From Malacoraja senta (taxonomy: Eukaryota): a DNA stretch of 64,000 bases. The notes below the pieces were generated by a model. It was not told the DNA's origin and did not search any database. It saw only the letters and a program-made list of their open reading frames with translations. A program made the position numbers and the translations under genes. Location: positions 62,001-126,000 of the forward strand of contig JAXLNO010000563.1 of assembly GCA_038087875.1 (NCBI GenBank). Reading direction: 5' to 3'. This document shows positions 48,710-60,328 of the stretch, piece after piece (the first letter of the stretch is position 1; every line of letters starts with the position of its first letter).

Positions 48710-49480
48710 GAACAACATAGGAGCAGAACCTTCAGCTCCCAATGTATTGTGCCGAACAATCATGCCAAATTAAACTAATCTGCTTGGTCTGCAATTGATT
48801 CATACCTCACCACTCTTTACACATCCATGTCTGTCTATCTAAAAGCTGTTTAAATGCCACTATCATATCTACCCCGCAATATAATGTAAATAATGTCCCC
48901 CCCCCCCCAACCCCCATATCTCCTATAAAGTTTGCCCCTCTGACCTTAAAGCTATGCCCTCCAATCTTTGACATGTCCCACCTGATAAAAGGTTACGACT
49001 ATCTACCCTTTCTAAGCCTCTCATTATTATGTATACTTCTATCAGGTCTCCTCTCAACTTCTGATGCTGCAGATAAAACAATCCAAGTTTATCCAACTCC
49101 TTACAGTTAATATCCTGTAATCCAGGGAGAATTATGGTAAAGCTCTTCTGCACCCTCTTAAAAGCCTCCACATCCTATGTGTGATGGGGTGAGCAGAAGG
49201 GTGCACAATGCTCCCAATTCGGCCACACCAATTAAAAAAAAACCTGCAAGATGACAACCTGACTTTTCTGCTCAATGTCTTGACCGATGAAGGGAAGCAC
49301 GCAATACACCTTCTTTACCGCTCTGTCTACTCGGTGCCACGTTCAAGGAGCGATGGAGCTGGAACCAAAATCCCCCTATCCATTCTTGCCATTAACAATC
49401 TTGCCATTAACTATATACTGTCCCCTTACATTCTCCCTAAGTGCAACACCTCACACTTGCTTGGATGAAACTCCATCTAC
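48710..49480 (-). mobile_element. Degenerate CR1 3' fragment
   Basis: ORF 48923..49171 KRVQKSFT.ILPGL...LDKLGLF.L..KLRGDLIEVY. Confidence 0.7.
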
Positions 49481-49489
49481 AATTTCACT

Positions 49490-50140
49490 ATCTTTACTGC
49501 CTCGGCAAGGCCACCGGCATAATCAAGGACCAGTCTCACCACGGACACTCCCTCTTCACCCCTCTCCCATCAGGCAAGAGGTTCTAGAATGAAAAAGCAC
49601 ACCTCCAGATTCAGGAGCAGCTTCATTCCAGCTGTTATCAGGCAACTGAACCATCCTATCACCAAGCGAGCGGTCCTGACTTACCATCTACCTCATTGGA
49701 GACCCTCAGACTATCTTTAATCAGACTTTACTGGACTCTATCTTGCAGTAAACATTATTCACTTTACCCTGTATTTCTACACTGTAACCATGTATAATCT
49801 TTCTGCTGACTGGTTAGCAGGCAACAAAAAAGCTTTTGCCGTACCTCCGTAAACATGACAATAAACTAAGCTAAACTAAACTAAACTAAACTAAACTTTA
49901 CTAAACTACGTGTGACTGATCTGTACATCATGATATTTCTGACAGCCGTCCTCATTGCCCGCAACTCCACCAATTTTGGTGTCGTCTGCGAACTTAATAA
50001 CCAATCCAACTACATTTATGTCCAGGACAGTTTCTTCCCAGCTGTTATCAGGCAACTGAACCATCCTACCAACAACTAGAGAGCTGTCGTGAGATATTAT
50101 CTACCTCATTGGAGACTCTTGGACTATATTTTATCGGACT
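49490..50140 (+). mobile_element. Rex1-type 3' end with (CTAAA)n tail plus a partial duplicate
   Basis: Tail at 49862-49908; 50025-50140 repeats 49617-49730. Confidence 0.6.
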
Positions 50141-50141
50141 T

Positions 50142-53100
50142 AGACAATAGACAATAGACAATAGACAATAGGTGCAGGAGTAGGCCATTTGGCCCTTCAG
50201 GCCAGCACCGCCATTCAATGTGATCATGGCTGATCATCCCCAATCAGTACCCCATTCCTGCCTTCTCCCCATATCCCCTGACTCGCCTATTTTTAAGAGC
50301 CCTATCTAGCTCTCTCTTGAAAGCATCCAGAGAACCTTCCTCCACCACCCTCTGAGGCAGAGAATTCCACAGACTCACCACTATCTGTGAGAAAAAAGTG
50401 TTTCCTCGTCTCCGTTCTAAATGGCTTACTCCTTATTCTTAAACTGTGGCCCCTGGGTCTGGACTCCCCCAACACCGGGAACATGCTTCCTGCCTCTAGC
50501 CTGTCCAAACCCTTAACAATCTTATATTTTCAATGAGATCCCCTCTTATCCTTCTAAACTCCAGAGTGTACAAGCCCAGCTGTTCCATTCTCTCAGCATA
50601 TGACAGTCCCGCCATCCCAGGAATTAACCTTGTAAACCTACACTGCACTTCCTCAATAGCAAGAATGTCCTTCCTCAAATTAGGGGGCCAAAACTGCACA
50701 CAATACTCCTGGTGTGGTCTCACTAGGGTTGTGTACAACTGCACAAGGACCTCTTTGCTCCTATATTCGATTCCTCTTGTTATATAGGCAAACATGCCAT
50801 TCACTTTCTTCACTGCCTGCTTTACCTGCATGCTTACTTTCATAGACTGATGAACAAGGACCCCCAGATCCCGTTGTGCTTCCCCTTTTCCCAACTTGAC
50901 GCCAGTTAGATAGTAATCTGCCTGCCTATTTTTGCTACCAAAGTGGATAACCTCACATTTATCTACATTAAACTTCATCTGCCATGCATCTGCCCACACC
51001 CCCAACCTGTCCAAGTCACCCTGCATTCCCATAGCATCCTCCTCACAGTTCACACTGCCACCCAGCTTTATGTCATCTGCAAATTTGCTAATGTTACTTT
51101 GAATCCCTTCATCCAAATCATTGATGTATATTGTAAACAGCTGCGGTCCCAGCACCGAGCCTTGCGGTACCCAACTAGTCACTGCCTGCCATGCTGAAAG
51201 GGACCCGTTAATCCCTATTCTTTGTTTCCTGTCTGCCAACCACTTCTCTATCCATGTCAGCACTCTACCTCCAATACCATGTGCCCTAATTTTGCTCACT
51301 AATCTCCTATGTGGGACCTTATCAAATGCTTTCTGAAAGTCCAGGTACACTGTTTCCACTGGCTCTCCCTTGTTCATTTTCCCAGTTACATCTTCAAAAA
51401 ATTCCAGAAGATTAGTCAAGCATGATTTCCCCTTCGTAAATCCATGCTGACTTGGACCGATCCTGTTACTGCTATCCAAATGTTCGGCTATCTCATCTTT
51501 TATAATTGACTCCAGCATCTTCCCCACCACCAATGTCAGGCTAACTGGTCTATAATAGTAAGATTAAACGAGAACTTACCAGTTTGAAGTTTGATCTGTA
51601 TTTTATGAGGAGTTACGATGAGGGATTACGTGAAGAGCCCGTCCAGCACGCATGCGCGACATTCTTCAAAGCAGCGGTGTGGAATCACAGGAAACACAAT
51701 AATTGAAATAAACATAGTAAAGAAAAGGAGAACTAAGATACCTGTTGATCTATATATTTGAGGGTGGGAGCGGAGGGCACGTAATCCCTCATCGTAACTC
51801 CTCATAAAATACAGATCAAACTTCAAACTGGTAAGTTCTCGTTTAATCTTACTATTTTACTTCGGAGTCACGTGAGTGACTACGTGAAGATTTTAAAGCT
51901 CTGTGATTTCAAACCGTGTAACAGTTCATACTTCACTTGCTGCCGAAGTCATTCAAGGGAGGAAGTATGTTATCGTAATCAACCATAATCTGTTTGTAAA
52001 CAATAATGGTATCTATTAAACAATAACAAAAGACAAAATGCTCCCCCGGGCTTAAATTATATATTTTTGCAGATTTTAAAACTCTTTCTGCAAATAACAC
52101 AGGTTCTGCTGGCGGCTTGTGGTAGAACGTTTGGAACGTTTTCTCCATGTTCATTCTTTTAGCCGCCGATGTGGATGCTGCCCTGGTGGAGTGAGATGTA
52201 TATACATCAGTATCTACTCCAGCAGCTCCCAGTACCTGCTTGAGCCATCTCGAGATGGTTTGGCTCGACACCCAACCATGAGGTTTCTTGTGTCTGACCC
52301 ATAAGGCTTTTTTATTTATTTATTTATTTATTTATTATTATTTATTTTTTTTCCTTTCTCCCTCGAGAATCTCTTGTTGTGTTGATGTAAGTGAATAAGT
52401 GAGTCATGACGCACAACCGTAGGTCAGGTGGGTATGCCCGGAAATCCATAACTAGGACTCAAGTTCCTGGCTTGCTCTGCTTTAGCAGCTCCTGAATGGT
52501 GAATGAGACCCGGTCTGGTGTTATAACCATGTTGTCCAGTCGCAGTAAGTGGAGGGACTGGACTCTTTGTGCTGAGACTAGTAGCATCAGCATGACCGTT
52601 TTCAGGGTTAGCTTTTCCAGGGTGAGAGACCTGGCTGGGGACCATCCCCTTAGGTATGTCAGGACCACACTGACATCCCAGATTTGTGTATACCTAGGTC
52701 TAAGAGGGTTGGAGTTGCCGATACTCCTCATGAGTTTGATCACCAGCGGGTGAGACCCTATGGCCTGTTGTCCTGGCACCTGTTTTAAGTAGGCTGACAG
52801 CGCACGTCTGGCAGTATTGATGGCGCTGTAGCTCAATCCTTCATTATGGTGAAGGCCCCCCAGGAACTCCAGTACATTGGTTATGGTTGCAGATGAGTAC
52901 GTTGTCCCAGTAGTCGAGCAGTATCTTTCCCACTTCCTGATGCTCGATAGGTATTGTTTCCTGGTGTACATACAGTGTCATCAGGTTGATGGTCCTGTCA
53001 GACAATCCCAGTCCCAGCAGTGGTCTTTTGATAATCTGCAACCCAGTAGGTTAATTTTGGCATGGCATGGATGACTTATGCCTGATACAGGATGTGTCAA

Positions 53101-56100
53101 TACGTCTGGGCTACTGGGAAAGGTCATAGGAGTTTCGATGACCATGTCGAGGACCACTGGGAACCATGGCTGTGTAGGCCAGTTGGTACTATCAAAATAC
53201 CTGAAGCAGAGTCCATCTGTATTTTGCGTAGTACCCTACAGATTAAGGCAGAAGGGGAAAAAGCATAGAAGAAATCGGTCCCCCAGTTCAGCGCGAATGC
53301 ATCTATCGCTGCTGCCTCAGGGTGTGGTTCCCAAGGGACATACATTGGTACGTGGTGATTTAGTCTGGATGCAAAGAGATCGATATCTGGTGTGCCATAT
53401 TGGTTTGTAATTTTAGCAAAAGCTCTAGGATTTAACATCCATTCGGTGTTTATCATTGAATTTGCGTGACCTGGCACTGTATTTAGCTTACCTGGTAGGT
53501 AAGTTGCTGATAGCCAAATATGTCTATCGACCCACCATTACCAAATTGTGTTGACCCAATTGTCACATGATATCAATTTTATTCCGGTCATATGGTTAAT
53601 ATAGGCCACCACCGTGATATTATCAATTTGTAAATGAACATGCAAGTTGTGCATATTCCTAGAATATGCTTTAAAACCATAAAACGCACCCAACATTTCC
53701 AAATAATTTATGCCCAGTGTTTGTAGTAAAGACGAGTCTAGGTTAGTCCATCTACCACCTGTGCTGGATATGGTATTAGTTGCTCCCCAGCCTTGAGCAC
53801 TGGCATCTGTTTGTATAGTTAACGTTGGGTTATTGATGACGATAGGGCTGGAACTATGCCAAATGTGTTATATCCACCATTGTAACTCTGATATTGCTTC
53901 AATGGGTAGTTTCATGGATCTGTCAAAGTGACCTGCATGTCGTTTCAACGCCTGTACTTTTGCCCTTTGTAGGTGCTGATAGTGCAGGAGTCCAAATTGT
54001 GTAGCTGAAAATGCTGCTACCATTTTGCCAATTACTCTTGCCACTTGTCAGATGGTTGGTCGATTGCTTACCATTAAATTGTTGCACATCTGTGCCAATT
54101 CTGCTGCTTTACCTTTTGGCAACGTTACAGACATGTGGATTGAGTTAATTGTGAATCCCAGATAGTCCATAGTTGTGGATGGCGTCAACTTAGATTTATC
54201 TGGATGTATGACAAACCCAGGGTTTCAAACAATTGTTTGGTAGCTAATACAGCTGATTTAGCCAACTCCATGGTTTTGCCAACTATTAGGATATCATCAA
54301 GTTACGCCATGACAATATGTCTTTGTTTCGTTAATGTTGCCAAGGCTGGTTTTAATATCTTGGTAAATAGTCTAAGGCTGATGTCAACCCATTAGGCAAC
54401 ACTTTATACTGCCATAGTTGCCCCATCCAGGTAAATTTTCAGGTATCTGCGATGACCCTTGTGAATGGGTACTGAATAGTAGGCATCTTTTAAATCAATG
54501 CTTGCCATAAAGTATCCTTTGGAAATCAGTTGTTTAGCAGTTACAAATGTTTCCATTTTGAAATGTACATACTTAACAAAGGTATTTAGTGAGGTTAAGT
54601 TAATGATGATGCGACATCCACCATCTTTTTTGCTTTTGGTAAATATATTTGAGACAAATTCCAAAGGATCATGTTTGGATTTCTCAATGACACCCTTCGT
54701 AAGTAACCTCCCCAGTTCTGCTTGAGCCTCTAGTTCTCTTTGACTGAGAGGGTAAAGACCCTTTGGGGTACGTGCTGAACTGGTGGCATGTTTTCTTGAA
54801 TGAACTCTATTTTGTATCCCCGAATACTGTTAAGTATATAACTATCATTCGTGAGACACCTCCTGTTAGTACAGACCTCCTGTTAGTACAGTTCCCCATT
54901 TACATGCTGGTAGGAACCAGACCCACCTACCTCCATAGTTATGGTAGTGTTCCTTTCTTCCGTTTGTTCATCCGTCGTTATACTGCTGGATGTACTGCTG
55001 ATGTACTGCTGATTGGGGGTGGCGCATTTTCCATGGGGTCCGCTCTGGGCCCTGGCCTAAAAAGGCTTTCGGGGATAGTATGCAGACCCCGAGCTTTCAC
55101 CAGTTACCTAAATTTGACCTTGACTGGTGGACGCGGTGGGGTACTGCCGTCTGGTTTTTTGTGTGGGTCTGCTCGTTCCGGGGCCTGCCCTCATGAGGCC
55201 AAATGCTTTGGACTCTTCCTCCAGGTCTTTCACTTGTCCTTCCAAATAACAGGATCTGCGGCTCTGAGGCCGGTGTTTTACACAGTCCTGCAAACCTGGG
55301 ATTGAGGGCAGGTCTTATTCTCTCCTTGCGGAGGTTATTTATCTCATATTGGGTGTAGCACAGCAGAGCCAGAGTGTCTTGCTGGTTTGTGGTCATATCC
55401 ACCCCATCCACGGAACGAGCATAGGCTGTTATCCCTGTCGTCAGGAGCTTGAGGATTTTAGCTCCTGGTTCCGGATACTCTGTCCCCCCCCCCAGATTTG
55501 GCTGTTAACAGCCGGTACATTGAGCGAACTGCAGTTTTCCAGCTCTAGTGCCTCATTAAGTACCTGTCTTGTAGGGGTTTGAGGGACAGGTGGTTGATGC
55601 TGGCCGCCAGTTTTGGCTCCAATGGCCGCCCTGCTCGTGGTGAAACCACGTGGCGAATCTCCACACCCAGCAGCTCTTCCTGATCCTGTACCCCAAGCGT
55701 ACTCCCGACATCTTCAGCCAATGACCCCTGTTCCTGACCAGCCCAGCCCTGGTCGCCAACGCTGCCCTGCTTTGAGGGGAAAGCGATGGCCAGTGCATTG
55801 TAGAGCACTGCTGTGGGAGTGCCTGATCCCCCTGGCGAGACTGCTCTAGCTCCTGAAGCAAGTCTCGCTGGAGCAGTTGCTCCATGAGCCTTTCCATTCG
55901 GCTCAGGCGGCTAGCTCTGCCGCTCTAAGGCGGACCCTCCTCATCGGAGTCAGACATAACCGGCCGGTTTAAAAAAAAAATTTTTTTTTAACTTTTCCTC
56001 CAGCCCGCTGCCGCTCATCAGGCTGCGCTAGCGGGACTAGGCTCGGCTCGGTCTCGATGAGGGTGGACCGCCGCATATGCGGTCCAGGTGCCGCCTCTCG

Positions 56101-57640
56101 CCCCCCACTGATGGAACACTCCCGTTCTGTTGGAGTCGAACGGGGGGCGGTTTTCTCCTTTGCCGTGCTGCTCCTGTTCCCAGTTCCTCTGGAATAGAGA
56201 GCAGAGCACAGCTTGCGGATTACGACCTCAGTGTAAGACTTACCTGATGGTCCGCTGTTTAGTTTTCACCGACGTGTAGCGGGAGCGCCTGTACTCCCGG
56301 TCGTCGCTGTTGCACTGCGTGAACGCTAATGTCGCGCATGCGTGCTGGACGGGGTCTTCACGTAGTCACTCACGTGACTCCGAAGTAAAATTCCCTGTTT
56401 TCTCTCTCCCGCCTTTCTTAAAAAGTGGGATAATATTAGCTACCCTCCAATCCACAGGAACTGATACTGAGTCTATAGAACATTGGAAAATTATCACCAA
56501 TGCATCCACGATTTCTAGAGCCACTTCCTTAAGTACCCTGGGATGCAGACCATCAGGCACTGGGGATTTATCAGCCTCCAGCCCCATCAGTCTATCCAAC
56601 ACCATTTCCTGCCTATTGTGGATTTCCTTCAGTTCCTCCATCACCCCAGATCCTCTGGCCACTACTATATCAGGAAAATTGTTTGTGTCCTCATTAGTGA
56701 TGACAGATCCAAAGTACCTGTTCAACTCATCTGCCATTTCCTTGTTCCCCATAATAAATTCACCTATTTCGGTCTTCAAGGGTCCAACTTTGGTCTTAAC
56801 TAATTTTTTCCTCTTCATATACCTAAAGAAGCTTTTACTATCCTGCTTTATATTCTTGGCTAGCTTATCTTCGTACCTCATCTTTTCTCCCCGTATTGTC
56901 TTTTTGGTTATTTTCTGTTGTTCTTTAAACATTACCCAATCCTCTTGCTTCCCGCTCATCTTTGCTACGTTATACTTCTTCGCTTTAATTTTTATACTGT
57001 CCCTGACGCCCCTTGTCAACCATGGTCACCCCTTTCTCCCCTTGGAATCTTTCTTCCTCCTAGGAATGAACTGATATTGCATCTTCTGTATTATTCCTAG
57101 AAATACCTACCATTTTTGTTCCACTGTAATCCCTACTAGTGTATCTTTCCAGTCAACTTTGGCCAGCTCCTCCCTCATGACCTCATAGTCCCCTTTATTC
57201 AACTGTAACAATGACACCTCCAATCTACCCTTCTCCCTCTCCAATTGTAGATTAAACCTGACCATGTTTTGCTCACTACCTCCTAATGGCTCATTAATGT
57301 CGAGGTCCTTTATCAAATCCGGTTCATTACATAGTAGTAAATCCAGAATTGCCTTCTCCCTGGTAGGCTCCAATACAAGCTGTTCTAAGAATCCATCACG
57401 AAGGCACTCTACAAAGTCCCTTTCTTGGGGTCCAGTACCAACCTGATTTTCCCAGTCTACCTGCATGTTGAAATCTCCCATAACAACCACAGCATTACTT
57501 TTACTACATGCCAATTTTAACTCCTGATTCAACTTGCGCCCTATGTCCAGGCTACTGTTTGGGGGCCTGTAGATTAGTCCCATTAGGGTCTTTTTACCCT
57601 TACAATTCCTTAGTTCTATCCATACTGACTCCACATCTCC
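50142..57640 (-). mobile_element. CR1 LINE interrupted by DIRS G
   Basis: (ATTGTCT)n tail; RT ORF 50496..51533 (YLDFQKAFDKVPH, PQGSVLGP, FADD); 56366..57019; APE ORF 57107..57727 (YRPP, MGDFN); the motif TGN|YRPVSL is split by DIRS G. Confidence 0.92.
51554..56391 (-). mobile_element. DIRS1-like element G, near full length but frameshifted
   Basis: Both termini and ICR (51778-51890); gag-like 55097-55897; RT 54404..54664 (IDLKDAYY); RNase H ~53480-53830; Dam-like MTase 53124..53477 (DIDLFASRLN..DAF..W..YAF); YR 52459..52971 and 51933..52271 (HSTR, FY). Confidence 0.93.
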
Positions 57641-57644
57641 TGTT

Positions 57645-58177
57645 TGCAGGTAGACTGGGAAAATCAGGTTGGTACTGGACCCCAAGAAAGGGACTTTACA
57701 AATTGCTTTCTCCCTGGTAGGCTCCAATACAAGCTGTTCTAAGAATCCATCATGAAGGCACTCTACATTCGTAATGGATTCTTAGAACAGCTTGTATTGG
57801 AGCCTACCAGGGAGAAGGCAATTCTGGATTTAGTGCTATGTAATGAGCCGGATTTGATAAAGGACCTCGAGGTTAATGAGCCATTAGGAGGTAGTGAGCA
57901 AGACATGGTCAGGTTTAATCTACAATTCGAGAGGGAGAAGGGTAGATCAGAGGTGTCAGTGTTACAGTTGAATAAAGGGGACTATGGGTGCATGAGGGAG
58001 GAGCTGGCCAAAGCTGACTGGAAAGATACACTAGCAGGGATGACAGTGGAACAAAAATGGTAGGTACAGTATTTCGAGGAATAATACAGAAGGTGCAGGT
58101 GTAGGAGGAAGAAAGATTCCAAGGGGATAAAGCGGTGACCATGGCTGACAAGGGGCGTCAGGGACTATAAAAATTAA
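57645..58177 (+). repeat. Rearranged/inverted duplication of the CR1 endonuclease region
   Basis: 57645-57697 = rc of ~57415-57466; 57701-57767 = direct copy of ~57347-57412; 57770-58177 = rc of ~56985-57400. Confidence 0.8.
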
Positions 58178-58225
58178 CTGGAACAGCAAGAAACTTCAGA
58201 ACTGACCTCTGGAGAGGTCTCTGGA

Positions 58226-59110
58226 ATGGCTACTCGATCTGCAAAAGAGAAAATCGAAATGGAGGACTTAAGAAACTCGGTAAGAGATATCAAAAATGAT
58301 ATGGAAGCTGGGAACAGTAAATTGATAGCCGGTAATGATAAAATACTTGAGGGTATTGAGGCTCTCCAAAAAAGAATTGAAGGTGTGGAAAAAGGACTAT
58401 CGATAAAAATTGAAAAGGTGGCAGAAGAGACCACAAAGATGTTTGAGGCTGTGCACGAAACTGTGGCTGCAAATGCATCTGCAGTGAATGATTTGGAAGC
58501 TGCTGTGGAAGTGATGGCTGGAGAGATGCAGACTATGAAGTCAGAAATAGATAGTCTCAAGAACCAAGTCACAAAGGTTTCGAATAAATGTGTTGACCTA
58601 GAAGCTCGCTCAAGACGCCAAAATATAAGAATACGTGGTGTAAAAGAGGGAGCTGAGGGGGACAATGTTTGTGAGTTCGCTGCCAACCTAATTAAACACG
58701 TACTGAAGCTACCAGAAGTACCTGTAATTGAAGTAGCACATCGACTCCCCAGATTTAAATCAAGATCTCAAGGAGAACGTGCCTACCCACGACAGATCAT
58801 AATTAAACTTCGGGATATCTCAACAATGGAAGCGCTGATGAAAAAAATCAACCACGGAGAGAAGATGATGTACAGAGGTGATACTATTAAACTCCTACGG
58901 GACTACCCTTATGAGATTGAGCAAAAGAGAAGAAAGTTCTCACAGACCAGAGAAGTTCTTTATGGTGTTAAGGGAGTTTTGTGTGGAGTGTTTTATCCGG
59001 CTAGAATGCGTATCACCTTTGAGGGAGTGTCAAAAACATTCACTAATTCGGATGAATCTCTCAAATACGCTCAAGAAATCGCGACTAAGGCTGCATCAAC
59101 TGGAGATTGA
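58226..59110 (+). CDS. L1 ORF1p (coiled coil + RRM + CTD), 294 aa
   Basis: Heptad-rich N half, then DLEARSRRQNIRIRGVKEG, IEVAHRL, PRQIIIKL, YPARMRI. Confidence 0.9.
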   Translation: MATRSAKEKIEMEDLRNSVRDIKNDMEAGNSKLIAGNDKILEGIEALQKRIEGVEKGLSIKIEKVAEETTKMFEAVHETVAANASAVNDLEAAVEVMAGEMQTMKSEIDSLKNQVTKVSNKCVDLEARSRRQNIRIRGVKEGAEGDNVCEFAANLIKHVLKLPEVPVIEVAHRLPRFKSRSQGERAYPRQIIIKLRDISTMEALMKKINHGEKMMYRGDTIKLLRDYPYEIEQKRRKFSQTREVLYGVKGVLCGVFYPARMRITFEGVSKTFTNSDESLKYAQEIATKAASTGD

Positions 59111-59395
59111 AAACCAAGACGACAGGAACAAACGAACTTGCTTATTCTTCCAACAAGAGTATCACAAGGAAAGTGAATTAACTGAACACTGATTTTTTAT
59201 TTTTTATTTGACTTCAAGCAACAGATTCTTAGTGAGACGTGGCTAGACATTATTATCTTCGCTGGAACATTGTGCTATGTAATTCAAGGACACTACGTGC
59301 TCAAATGAGGAAAACCTGATAACACGAGACGAACTGCTGGGCTGAGAGTGAAAAACATCACATGGCTTATATTGTTTATAAAAAACTGAAAAAAC

Positions 59396-59931
59396 TGAGA
59401 ACTAATAATAATTAACAATTAACAATACTAATATAGAAATAGCAATTGAAATAGATAAAAAATGTGCAGTCTGCTCTGTTTAGCAGATAACATCAAGTGC
59501 TATGCAGCTCGAGAGTGGAGGGAGGGGGAGACCGGGTACCTGGCATAACTCCAGGAGCCAGACTCCCGTTAACCCTTCCAGCGAACAGCTCATTTTTAAC
59601 AATATTAAAATCAATTTAAAATAGTTAAGAGATAATATACACTCGAGGTTGATATGAAAAATATATACGGCTTATATAGTTTTACAAAATGCTGAGAATT
59701 AATCATAATTAATAATTAACAATACTAATATAGAAATAATATTTGAAACTGATAAAACTGTGGTGCCTGCGTCATAACGCAGACAGCAGTTATCACCTAT
59801 GTTCGCAGCTCGTGGAGAGGAGAGGAGATCAGGCACCTGGCACAATTCCAGGAACCTGACTCCGATTAATCCACTCAGTAAACCGCTCACTTTAACAATA
59901 CTAAATTCATTTTAAAATAGTTAAGAGATAA
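59396..59931 (+). repeat. Diverged ~297-bp-period tandem duplication in the L1 inter-ORF spacer
   Basis: AATTAACAATACTAATATAGAAATA and TTTAAAATAGTTAAGAGATAA each occur twice ~295-300 bp apart. Confidence 0.8.
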
Positions 59932-60328
59932 AGAGTGAGTAGGATATGGAATCGAATACATTTGACACATATATAAATTGTAACTGGGTGAAATAGAACT
60001 GAATTGGAAACGGTAATGACCCCATAGATTTTGGGTAATAAATACAGCGGGGCTAACTTTATACCAACTACGCCGGAAGCGTTATGGATGTCGTACCCCA
60101 CAGACGAGTGGGCCACTCACTACGGTGTTGAAATTTTAGACACCGTAAATTTATTTGATTTATATATATTTTTTTTAATCACAATATGTCACATCTGTGT
60201 GTTTTTTCTTCAAGGACAATCGCGCAGGAGAACTACCAAGGAAGTCTATAATAGAAATACTCCCAAAATAACCAGAGTCCGGAGGTATGAACGCACCACA
60301 ATAATTAAGGTCATTAAAACTGGTAAAA

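Noticed and set aside
56310..57074. 254-aa plus-strand ORF
   Set aside because: Antisense frame of CR1 ORF2
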